Positions 25,335-36,860 of a stretch of 64,000 bases of DNA are shown one piece after another. The notes under the pieces are model-generated. The model had not been told where the DNA came from. It did no database searches and saw only the letters and a program-made list of their open reading frames with translations. Position numbers and translations under genes: made by a program. The first letter of the stretch is position 1. Every line of letters begins with the position of its first letter. The stretch is from Raja brachyura (taxonomy: Eukaryota): positions 30,256,001-30,320,000 of the forward strand of contig OY740800.1 of NCBI GenBank assembly GCA_963514005.1. Direction: 5' to 3'.

Positions 25335-25413
25335 TAGTGCCCTCCGTAATGTTTGGGACAAAGACCCGTCATTTATTTATTAGCCTCTGTACTCCACAAT
25401 TTGAGATTTGTAA
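25335..25413 (+). mobile_element. Tc1-like MITE terminal fragment (same family as 61194-61374)
   Basis: agtgccctcc/tataatgtttgggacaaagaccc...ttgagatttgtaat near-identical to the 61.2 kb copy. Confidence 0.65.
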
Positions 25414-25582
25414 TTATCCAGTCAGCAATGAATAATTACATTTATATTATGAATGCAAAAGTTTTTATTTAAGTGTCAAATTAAACTTGATACTCTCCTC
25501 CAGCCATTTTGTTTGACCCGCTACTGAAGAAAACCACCAAACCCTGAAACTTCAAATGATGGCAGCACAGGCTTATACATAC

Positions 25583-25651
25583 CTGGATACATCTGGAATA
25601 CTCAGAAAGCACTTGCTCTACCAGACTGGCCTTTCTGGGCTCCTGGAAAAT
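25583..25651 (-). CDS. DDX11: DDX11 exon (IFQEPRKASLVEQVLSEYSRCIQ)
   Basis: ccacag/gtatgt, 69 nt. Confidence 0.96.
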
Positions 25652-26127
25652 CTGTGGCACCAGATAAACAGAAGTAATTTAGGCAGCAGAATCACAACAT
25701 CTTGTGATTACACCCAACTATATGATGGCAATACAGAAACAAAATGTACATGGCAACAAGGTAAGTATTCTAGTTAGTGAAAACTTAAACGGGATTACAT
25801 TCCAATCAACTGCTGGTGCAAAAGTCAACAAACGTTCCCTCAACATCAGCAAGACCACGGAGATTGTGAATGACTTCAGGAAGTGAAGTACACACACCCT
25901 TGCATACATTGACGGCTCTGAAGTAGATGGTCAAAAGCTTTGTTCTTCGCAACGAAAAAGTTAAAATCCCCAATGACAACCTTATTAGTCTTGCAGCTAC
26001 CTGTAATATCCTGGCACATGTCCTCTTTTAAATTCCTGTTGCCTATTTGGAGGCCTGTATTTCCCAAAAAGGTGGTCCTCTTCTTTGTATTTCTCAGCTC
26101 CACCCATATAGCCTCACTGAACAAACA

Positions 26128-26915
26128 ATCAGTTACTAAAGATGTAATAGCAGTGCATTTGGAAAGTAGTGACAGGCAGCATCTCTCGAGAGAAGGAATG
26201 GGCGACGTTTCGGGTTGAGATCCTTCTTCAGACTGAAAGAAAGCATGCAGGTACAGCAGGCAGTGAAGAAAGCAAATGGCATGCTGGCCTTTTTGGGAGA
26301 GGATTTGAGTATAGGAGCAAGGAGGTACTACTGCAGTTGTACAGGGTCCTGATGAGACCACACCTGGAGTATTGTGTGCAGTTTTGGTCTAATTTCAGGA
26401 AGGACATTCTTGCTATGAGGGAGTGTAGCGTAGGTTCACCAGGTTAATTCCCACGATGGCGGAACTGACATATAACAAAAGAATGGATCGACTGAAGGTA
26501 TATTCACTGGAATTTAGAAGGATGAGAGAGGATCTCATATATAGAAACATAACATTCTTAAGGAATTGTACAGGCTAGATGCAGGAAAAATGTTCCCAAT
26601 GTTTGGAGAGTCCAGAACCAGTGGTCACACTTTAAGAATAACAGGTATTTAGGACTTAAATGAGGAAAACCCTTTTCACCCGGAGAGCTATGAATTTGTG
26701 GAATTCTCTGCCACAAAGGTAGTGTAAGCCGATTCACTGGATGTTTTCAAGAGAGAGTTAGATATAGCTCTTAGGGCTAACGGAATCAAGGGATATGGGA
26801 AGAAAGCTGGAACAAGGTACTGATTTTGGAAGATCAGCCATGATCATATTGAATGGTGGCGCTGGCTCGAAGGGCTGAATGGCCTACTCCTGAACCTACT
26901 TTCTATGTTTCTATG
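26128..26915 (+). mobile_element. CR1 3' fragment with an internal deletion filled by a Penelope tail
   Basis: Matches CR1 4644-4690 and then 5307-5855; [29 protein letters not shown]. Confidence 0.8.
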
Positions 26916-28275
26916 TCATCTCGGACTACTGCCATGATGTTCTCAATCAATAAAGCAACACCCTATTCTCTTTTACCACCACCTCCATCTCTCCTGAAGC
27001 ACCTGTATCAAAGAATTATGTTGCCAGTCATGACCCTCTGTAGCCGCTAGGGAAACCTGGCTAAATGTCCCAATCACACGTACCTATCCACGTTCGGATT
27101 TAATCCACCTTACCTGTCAGGCTTCTCGTATTAAAATAGTTTTATTCCTACATTGGATCCCGCCCCCGCTTAAACCTGCTCTGCCTTAAAGATCAGAAGT
27201 GATCTCATGCCTCGTCCACTTTCCCACCTGATCTTCTCTGTAACCAAAAAATTTAATCTATAAGCCAAATTGTTCTCAAGAAAAGCTACCACTCTGGACA
27301 TTTCCTTCTCTCTATCTTGTATTGGATTCCACACGCAAGAACAGCTGTTTCCCCACTGATAACTGACTCCTGAACCAAGCACCTCTTCCATAACCCCTTC
27401 CCAGAGGTACTGCCAAGTACTTTTAACTTTACATCATTCAGTTATTCTGTTATCGTACTTTAGTATAGTTTTTTTTGCTGTACTTCAGATTCCATGACAA
27501 TCTTTGCAACATTCTGTTTTATTGTTGTGTTTATCATTACCCTGTATACGTTATTCTGTGAGCTGTGAACCAGGCATATTTCCTTGTATCCTGGTATTTA
27601 TGACATGAAACCAATACATACCCAGTCAATGAAGGCTGTGGAATCCCATTAATAGAAAATTCCAAAGAATTACAAATGGCTGCATACATAAAATTTTCCT
27701 CCTCTTATTTCTAGGTGGTCATCCCCTGATCCCAAGATTATGAACCTCAGTCTTCGGCTCTCGTGTTCATAAGATATTGGAGCAAAATTAGGCTATTTGG
27801 CCCATTGAGACTTCTCCGTCATTGATTGATCCGTCTTCGCTAATCTATTTGTCCCTCTCAACCCCATTCTCCTGCCTTTTCCCAGTATCCTTTAATAAGA
27901 GGCTACCAATCTCAACTTGCAATGAAGTCAACAGATTCACCACACTCTGGCTAATGCCTCCTCATCTGCATTCCAAAGGTACATACTGAAGGTACATTAT
28001 TTTATTGAGGCTGTGTCCTCTGGTCCTAGACTCCCTCACTACAGGAAACATCTCTCCATATCAACTTTATCTACGCTTTTCATTATTCGGTATGTAAAAT
28101 GGATGAAGGTACATAAAGTAGCCTTCTGGAGTCTGCTCTATCAACCCATCTCAGAACCTTGTACATTGAGATCTTATTTCATTCTTCCAAATCCCAGTGA
28201 GATCTGAAGAGTGGAATGATTGGTTATATTAAACATAATAGAGGTCAATGAGACAGACATGACAAACTAGAATAC

Positions 28276-28425
28276 CTTCTTTTTGGTTTCCAGTTGTACC
28301 AGGAGACCAGTCTTTTCCCAGTGTTTGTATACCAGATTTTCATATTCATAAGATGGAAAAAAGCACACTATGCCACCAGGGACCACCTTACATAAATTCA
28401 CCAGTACCCGGCCACATTCATCCAG
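28276..28425 (-). CDS. DDX11: DDX11 exon ([28 protein letters not shown]...ETKKK), motif IV
   Basis: ttttcag/gtattc, 150 nt. Confidence 0.96.
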
Positions 28426-29441
28426 CTGAAAAGGAAAAGAAAGTGGTAAAATAATGCAGAAAACAAGATTTCTTCACTGTTCAGTCATGAACAGAACTGA
28501 AAGATGCTGAAAACAATTACAACCAGCTGAGCTATAAGAACTAGAGATGGCTTGTGGACATCTCTATTTTGAGTAGAAACGTTGAGAAATACTGTATTGG
28601 AGATTTCAGCAAGGCACAAATAAACAAAAGCAAGTAAAACTACTATCCATTTGGGGTTCAGTGATGATCAATGCACATCTCCATGATACTCCTAACACAG
28701 CAGTTCTATGACAAGTGTTAATCACAATCCCCTAAAATATTCCCACTGGATCTTATACAAGGCCAGATTGAGCTCAGCTATCATGCGGAGGACTAATGTC
28801 TGCTTAATTTTACTACTTGAAATGTTTCTGAATAAGAACCTATCCAAGTTCCAATCAGATACCTCCAACATGGCATGCCAAAAACTGCAGTTATCTTCTG
28901 AGTGGCTGGATATACGGAAAGTCAAACCTTTACTCAATCAACATTGACAGGGAGTCAGAGTCAATGAAATGTGGGGGCGGTTTTCGAATTAACCTCCTTT
29001 TAGTATCTTGCATCAAAGAATGAGGCCATTCATGAGGAACAGGAAGGAGGAATACCCAGAGCAATAAAGGTCTTTGATTATGTTGGCTGTTTCGAGGCAG
29101 CAAGGTGTGGATGGAGTCAATGGCGGGGAACCTGTACACAGACTTGAATCTACAAGGAATGGAAGACTACATACGAAGTGCTGATAAATATTATTATAGA
29201 CAGGTGGTCAATGGCAGCTAAAATGGTCCTGTTTGAGCCATTCAAACCAAAAATGTTTGTGTCAAAGTAACCTCGCAACCATCATTAAACACATAAATAA
29301 TTTTTGGTAAAGATTTTGAATTACTAACAAGGGCAGCTAGCTGTGTTTTAGGCAGATGTACCATCTGTTATTGAGATTTGTCGCGTTAGGCCAAATTTTG
29401 AGATAAGTCAACAGGAATAATGTACAGACCAATGTACTCAC

Positions 29442-29545
29442 CAATGGTGTCTTGTCCCTCTTCTGAAAGGTGAATTCCAGCTGCTGGCCCGATGGACCAT
29501 TGCCGAGGATTATAGGCAAAATATTTTCTGGTGGAATTACATGAC
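29442..29545 (-). CDS. DDX11: DDX11 exon (GHVIPPENILPIILGNGPSGQQLEFTFQKRDKTPL)
   Basis: ctctaag/gtgagt, 104 nt. Confidence 0.96.
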
Positions 29546-29984
29546 CTTAGAGATTCAAAGTGAAGTCAAATTATAAGAAAGCTTCACAACAAAAATTACA
29601 TAATAATAAATTACATAATACAGACAATACCACAAAAGTAGAACTATAGCATTTTGTCGCGTGCAAACTACTGATTGCAGATTTTGCAAGATTAAGCAGT
29701 CGTTGAAACGTTGACTCAGTTCCTCATCAGTAACCCATTTTAGGAAGTGGACCCTGGCTCTTATTAACATCAGCAAGAAGTCAAATGCGACAAGGTGCTT
29801 ATATTCACACACAAAGTTACTTTGACGCAACAGATTAGAGATTTCTCACAACTATTAAAGCAACTAAGAACTTGTTTTAGTTTCCGAACTCACATGATCA
29901 AAGTAATAGGTCATGAGTGACCCGGATTCTGGGATGACATCAAGCTCCTGATAGCAGGCAAAAACTAGCACTATAAATGAGGAA

Positions 29985-30307
29985 AGTTGTACAGGGCCCT
30001 GGTGAGACCGCACCTGAAGCGTGCAATTTTGGTCTCCTATCTTGAGGATGAACATTATTGGTATTGATAGAGTGCAGCGCAGGTTCAACAGGTTAATTCC
30101 CGGGATGGCGGGACTGAAATATGATGAAAGAATGGGCCAACTGGGCTTGCATTCACTGGAATTTAGAAGGATGAGAGGATATCTTATACAAACATAAAAT
30201 TCTTAAAGGACTGGACAGGCTAGATGCAGGAAAAATGATCCCGATGTTGGGGCATCCAGAACCAGGGGTTACAATTTAAGAATAAGGGGTAGGCCATTTA
30301 GGACTGA
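29985..30307 (+). mobile_element. CR1 LINE fragment
   Basis: Similar to the CR1 RT C-terminal region (agttgtacagggccctggtgagacc...). Confidence 0.75.
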
Positions 30308-30570
30308 GGGCAGCACGGTGGAGCAGTGGTAGAGTTGCTGCCTTACAATGAATGCAGCGCCAGAGACCCAGGTTCGATCCTGACAATGGGTGCTATCTGT
30401 ACGGAGTTTGTATGTTCTCCCTGTGACCTGCGTGGGTTTTCTCAGAGATCTTCGGGTTTCCTCGCACACTCCAAAGACGTACAGGTATGTTGGTTAATTG
30501 GCTTGGTAAATGTAATAATTGGCCCTAGTGGGTATAGGATATTGTTAATGCGTGGGGTTTGCTGGTCGGT
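30308..30570 (+). mobile_element. tRNA-derived SINE (HE1/V-SINE-like)
   Basis: A box TGGAGCAGTGG, B box GGTTCGATCC, V-domain-like core ggagtttgtatgttctccctgtgacctgcgtgggtttt. Confidence 0.8.
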
Positions 30571-31573
30571 TCATTAACCTGTTCACATGTCTTTTAAATA
30601 TGGTAATTGTAGTCATCTCTACAACTTCGTCTGGATGCTCATTCCATATATCCACCAGATCCCCAGTAGAAAAAGTTGTCCTTCAGATCCCTTTTGAATC
30701 TTAAATCTATGCCCTCTAGTTTTAAACTCTCCTACCCTGGGAAGAAGACGGACAACCCACCCTACCGATATCCTTCTTGATTTTATACTAGATTTCACAC
30801 CTCACCCTCCTGGGTAAAAGTCCTAATCTATCTGCCAGTACTTTTAATTCAAGCCCTCCAGTTGAAGTAACATCCTTATGGATTTTTTTTGGCTCAATGA
30901 CATTGTTCCTACAGCTAAGCGACCAGAACTGTGCACAATACTCCAAGTGTCACCTACGACTTCCTAACATCTGTACTTAATGCCCTAACCTATAAAGGCA
31001 ACTGTGCAAAACGTCATCTTCACTACCGTGTCTACTAGTTGTGCCACTCTCAGGGAACAATGTAGATGACGTCTATTATCCCACTCTTAGTTCTCTAAGT
31101 CATCTCTTCAAACAAACAAATTTGTGGGGCACACAAAGAAATGCGTGAGGTTATCTGCTCAGCACCATGCCTACCTTGAAGATTTTTTAACACTATTGCT
31201 CCAATAGAACAGAGGTGCAAAGATTATTCAACCAAAATACAGGATAAGCAGTTAATAATTCAAGTCAAAGAATTGAGCTTTTTTTTTTAATATATCAGAA
31301 AAGGTGGGATCACTCATTCCCCTCCCCCCCCCATCAATTCTGCAACATAAATCTGTACCCACAGCAGTTTGCCATAGTCACAAACAACTCTCTTGAATTA
31401 GCTAAATTAAATCTTGACAGTACAGCAAAACTATGAATTGATAAGAGGAGTGTAACAATCATTGCAAAGTTCTCGCCAATCATCTTTTTCAACAGCCCCT
31501 CGGGATTGACCAATGCTCTAATTTTGTAGGCTCTTGGTTGACTGATGAGGCCAATAATGGGAAATATGGACTT

Positions 31574-33156
31574 AGTTTTCATACCCCTTGAACTTTTCCA
31601 CATTTTGTCACGTTACAACCACAAACGTAAATGTATTTTATTGGGATTTTATGTGATAGACCAACACAAAGTGGTGCATAATTGTGAAGTCGAAGGAAAA
31701 TGATACATGGTTTCCAAATTTTATCACAAATAAAAAACTGAAAAGTGTAGCGTGCAAAGGTATTCAGCCCTCCCCCCAGTCAATACTTTGTAGAACCACC
31801 TTTCACTGCAATTACAGCTGCAAGTCTTTTGGGGTACGTCTCTACCAGCTTTGCACATCTAGAGACTCACATTTTTGCCCATTCTTCTTTGCAAAATAGC
31901 TGAAGCTCAGTCGGATTGGATGGAGATCGCCTGTAGACAGCAATTTTCAAGTCTTGCCAGAGATTCTCAATTGGATTTAGGTCTGGACTTTGACTGGGCC
32001 ATTCTTACACATGAATATGCTTTGATCCAAGCCATTCCATTGTAGCTCTGGCTATATGTTTAGGGTCGTTGTCCTGCTGGAAGGTGAACCTCCGCCCCAG
32101 TCTCAAGTCTTTTGCAGACTAACAGGTTTTCTTCCAAGATTGCCCTATATTTGGCTCCATCCATCTTCCCATCAACTCTGACCAGCTTCCCTGTCCCTGC
32201 TGAAGAAAAGCATCCCCACAGCATGATGCAGCCACCACGATGTTTCACAGTGGGGATGGTGTGTTCAGGGTGATGTGCAGTGTTAGTTAGTAGCGTTTTG
32301 CATTTAGGCCAAAAACTTCAATTTTGGTCTCATCAGACAAGAGCACCTTCCTCCACATGTTTGCGGTGTCTCCCACATGGTTTGTGGCAAACTGCAAATG
32401 GGACTTCTTATGGCTTGGTTTCAACAATGGCTTTCTTCTTGCCGGTCTTCCATGAAGGCCCAACTTGTGGAGTGCATGACTAATAGTTGTCCTGTGGACA
32501 GATTCTCCCACCTGAGCTGCGGATCTCTGCAGCTCCTCCAGAGTTACCATGGGCCTCTTGGCTGCTTCTCTGATCAATGGTCACCTTGCCCGGCCAGTCA
32601 GTTTAGGTGGACCGCCATGTCTTGGCAGGTTTGCAGTTGTGCCATACTCTTTCCATTTTCGGATGATGGATTGAACAGTGCTCCGTGAGATGTTCAAAGC
32701 TTGGGATATTTTTTTTATAACCTAACCCTGCTTTAAACTTCTCCACAACTTTATCCCTGACCTGTCTGGTGTGTTCCTTGAGCTTCATGATGCCGTTTGT
32801 TCACTAATGTTCTCTAACAAACCTCTGAGGCCTTCACAGAACAGCTGTATACTGAGATTAGATTACACATTTGGACTCTATTAATTAGGTGACTTCTGAA
32901 GGCAATTGGTTGCACTGGATTTTATTTAGGGGTATCAGAGTAAAGGGGGCTGAATACTTTTGCACGTCACAATTTTCAGTTCTTTTATTTGTAAAAAAAT
33001 TTGAAAACAATGTATCATTTTCCTTCCACTTCACAATTATGCGCCACTGTGTTGGTTTATCACATAAAATCTCAATAAAATACATTTACGTTTGTGGTTG
33101 TAATGTGACAAAATGTGGAAAAGTTCAAGGGGTATGAAAACTTTTGCAAGCCACTG
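31574..33156 (-). mobile_element. Tc1-family (IR/DR type) DNA transposon with a degenerate transposase
   Basis: ~200-bp TIRs, right end ...gcaagccactg|ta; transposase motifs [44 protein letters not shown]; left TIR lacks its outer ~14 bp. Confidence 0.92.
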
Positions 33157-33869
33157 TATACTGCTTACAATGGATCCTGTGTCCTCCTGATGCACAGCTT
33201 CAGGATCTCAGTCACGACATAAATGGTTCTCTATTTTGAGTAGCCATGGGCCAGCGATTCCCTGGATATTCTAGCAATGTTGAATTTCAAGGCAACATTG
33301 AGCACATACTCAAGTGTGTAGTCAGAATCTGGTGTACAGCTCAGTCAGTCACAACTGTAGTGTTCAGAAAGAATGAAACACATCAGTCACTATGGTTAGG
33401 CAATTATACTTGTTCATTTGAAATAGTTAGACCTCATCAATTCTTAGTAATAAATTGCTGGACCAAAAAATTGATTACCGAGTTGTGAAATTATAAAGCC
33501 ATGGACACAGTACAAGATCAAGGGTGGATACCTGGGCACCAAAGGATATGATCCAGATGAACAGAGAGAATGAATTGGCTAAAAAATAAACTGTTGGCTA
33601 GTTGGAATTTCGCAAGCATGACAGACAGCGAGGGTAGCGGGGAAGGCATTTTCAATTCCACCTTAAAGGCAAATTGTGGATATTTGGTAGGATAGTTAAT
33701 CATAAGTAATGTTGTAATCCCTTGTATGTTCATGTGTAATGAAATCAGTAGCTCCAATTTGAAGTAAAGGTGTATAAGATGCATGTCTCCCTCTCTCTCT
33801 GTTCAGAAAGTGTGCCACTACTCAGTTATACAGTTGTTAAAGCAATGGCATGGCTTAGCCTGGACTTAC

Positions 33870-33942
33870 CACAGGAAAACTCCGCCAGTCTGTCTGCAGA
33901 GACTCCAGAATTAAACAGAAGCTGATCTTTGAAGTCTGCCAC
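33870..33942 (-). CDS. DDX11: DDX11 exon (VADFKDQLLFNSGVSADRLAEFSC)
   Basis: ttggcag/gtaagt, 73 nt. Confidence 0.95.
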
Positions 33943-36024
33943 CTGCCAATTGAAAATGCCATAATTACCCGATAAGTACAAACTTTTTTGATTTTACTCC
34001 ATTGCAATTGATTCACCCCACTTAACATCATTTCATGACACATCAATACTGCATAACTACTAATTTCCCTCACTCGCTTCCTAATACTACATCCAAGCTT
34101 GCTTTATTAAATCATGCTTTCTGACTTTAACTCCGCTATTCCTAATCTTTCCAGCCTGGATGATATTTAACATCATGGCTTTGACCCTTAGCATGTGATC
34201 AGTTATAAACACAGATCAATTCATTCCTAAATCAAAATATCAACATCCTTTCCAGTTAAATGCAAATAGAGCCCCTTGATGAGGTTATGGCTAAGTTTCC
34301 TTTCGACTATTCCCAGTATAAAATAAATGTAAATGATTGTTTCATGTACATGTGTGTGACTATGAGAACAAAAATGGAAATTAATTTCCCAGGTGGTGTG
34401 AAACTGCTTATTGATACTGGTTTGAAACATATAGGCTTGTATCTTTATGGTATACTGAATGGACAACCTTCATTCAAGTCCAGAGTACTGCAGTCAACTA
34501 CTTTTAAAATATGGCCCAGTCTTTGTGGAGATTTAAAAAAACACAATAATTCTTAATATCCAGCCATGATAAAAGAACTACTGAAAACTAAACATACAAA
34601 CATAAAAATGGGTTTTGTTAATGCACATGATGATTACACCGAGCAAACAAATGGGGTGAAATGTATGAAAGATTTTGTCATTATGAGTATCTGGTGCCTC
34701 CAATATTTGTGGTGACTTGTGGTAACTTCAGCAAGTAAAAGAATTACCCTTCAGTGTTCAGTTCAAGAGTGTCATTTTTAAAAGAAAACAAAAGTAGACT
34801 GAAAGTGAGATAATTAATAAGTATCAATTAACTAATTAACAGTAACTAATTAAAACATTAAGCAAATAGACTCACCTAATTAAAAATGTAAAACAGAACA
34901 ATAGAGGGCCATTGAAGTGTTGAAAACATAACATGCCAGGAATTAAAGACATTGGGAGTATCAACATCTGTTTCAAGCAAGTTCAGTTAGAGTTGCCAAC
35001 TTGGAGCACCGTGCTACCACAGATGCTTCATGCATCAGAGAAGGGAGGAATTCACTGCAAAATTAATTAGAGAGGTGGTTTGGTAGTGGACTGGATTGAG
35101 GGAGACACCAGAGAAGGAAGATGTGACAGTCAGGAATGTGACAACGCGGGAGCCATAGCCATTGACCTCCACCAACTTTAACAAGATACTTGCTGCTTGT
35201 TTGGATGCAAACAAAAACGGTAGATAGGACTGGGAATATAAACATGCCATACCAGGCGAATCAAGCAGGAGGCGGCTTGAACGGAACATGATAGTCACCA
35301 ATGTTTAATTGTCATATACACCGCAAACATAAAAATTAAATTCTTACTTGGTGCAAATCCATAGGAACATTAACCCAACATCATAATAAATAAATAATTA
35401 CTGATACAATAAATGGTCAGTAAGACTAGGTAAAAACACCATAGTGATGCAGTACATAGATCAACCATACAAAGTCTATAGCGGATTGTTGCTCAGGAAG
35501 GAATGTGTAGCGTAGTTCAAGAACCAGATGGATGATTGGATAAAGCTGTTCTTCAATCTGGAGGTCACTGATTTCAGGCTCCTGTACCTTCTTCCTGATG
35601 GTAGCAGTGAGATGAGAGCAAGGCCAAGCTAGCGTGGGTCTTTGATGATATTATTTGCCTTTAAGGCAGTGCATACTAAAGATCCCTTCGATGGTAGAGA
35701 GGGTCAATACCGTGATGGAATGGACAATGTCCACCACCTTCTGCAGCTTCCTTCACCTTCTGGAGTTCAAGTTACTGAACAAGGGCATGAAGCGACCATC
35801 TTGCACGTCATCTCTCTCTTGCACTGGTATTCCAGATTTTAACACAGGTGGGACATCTGACCATAGGAGCAAGAGGTGGAAGATGTCCACAAAAACTCCA
35901 GCCTTGTATCTGTCCAAATTTCATTTAAATGTTATTGTAACGGCCTTGGGTACTTCCTCAGGCAGCTTTTTGCATATACCCACTACTTGTGTGTAAAAAG
36001 GTTGCTATTAAATTATTCCCATCT

Positions 36025-36525
36025 CATCTTGAAGCAGGCAGGGACTACGGACTTGTCCAGGGAGAGGTTGAATATTGTAGTGAACACTGGAGCTAGCTGC
36101 ATAGCACAGGACTTGAGTACTCGCCCCGAGATGCCATCGGGGCCTGCAGCTTTCCTCGTGTTCACCCGTGTCAGACATCGTGCTCGGACAGCGAGAATGT
36201 GTGCTCATTCCTCCCATCAGCTTCGTTAGCCAGCCCGCCGGTGGTATTTGTTGATAGTCCGCAGACCTGGGGTGGTGTTGCCCATCTTGAACCGAGCGTA
36301 AAAAGAGTTCAGGTCATCAGCTAGGGAGGTGCCGGCACTTGCAGATGAGGGTGGGGTACTCCGGTAGTTGGTTATAGTCCGTAGCCCCTGCCACAGACGT
36401 CTGGTGTCCTGCTGTTCCACCTGTACCTCCATTTTGCGTCCTTCACCGCCCTTCGCAGTTGGTAGGACTACCTTGTAGACGTTCATGTTTCCTGATGCCA
36501 GGCAAGAGTTGTAGGCACTGGTGCG
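36025..36525 (-). mobile_element. Rex1/Babar-type LINE fragment
   Basis: [40 protein letters not shown]...IFNLSL...VPACFK. Confidence 0.75.
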
Positions 36526-36860
36526 AGCATTCATGGCAAAACGAACAGACCCGCCTACCCTGGGAAAAACGATTCCCCACCCTGGGAAAAAGACAAGGTG
36601 CATTCACCCTATTTAGCCCATGTTTTTATACACCTCATTTGCAAGGAATAAAGTCCTAAGCTGCCCAACCTCTCCCCACAGTTCAGAAGTCCCGGCAACA
36701 TCTTGTAAATCTCTGTACACGTTCCAGTTTAAGGGCATCTTTACTATAGCTGGATGAGCAAAATTGAAGACAATACTCCAAGTGTGGCCTTACCATCATC
36801 TTGCACAACTAGCATATCTCAACTTCTTAACTCCATTCCTTCTGATGAAGGCCAATGTAC

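Noticed and set aside
30308-30385. tRNA gene
   Set aside because: A and B boxes continue into a SINE core; no proper cloverleaf or acceptor stem
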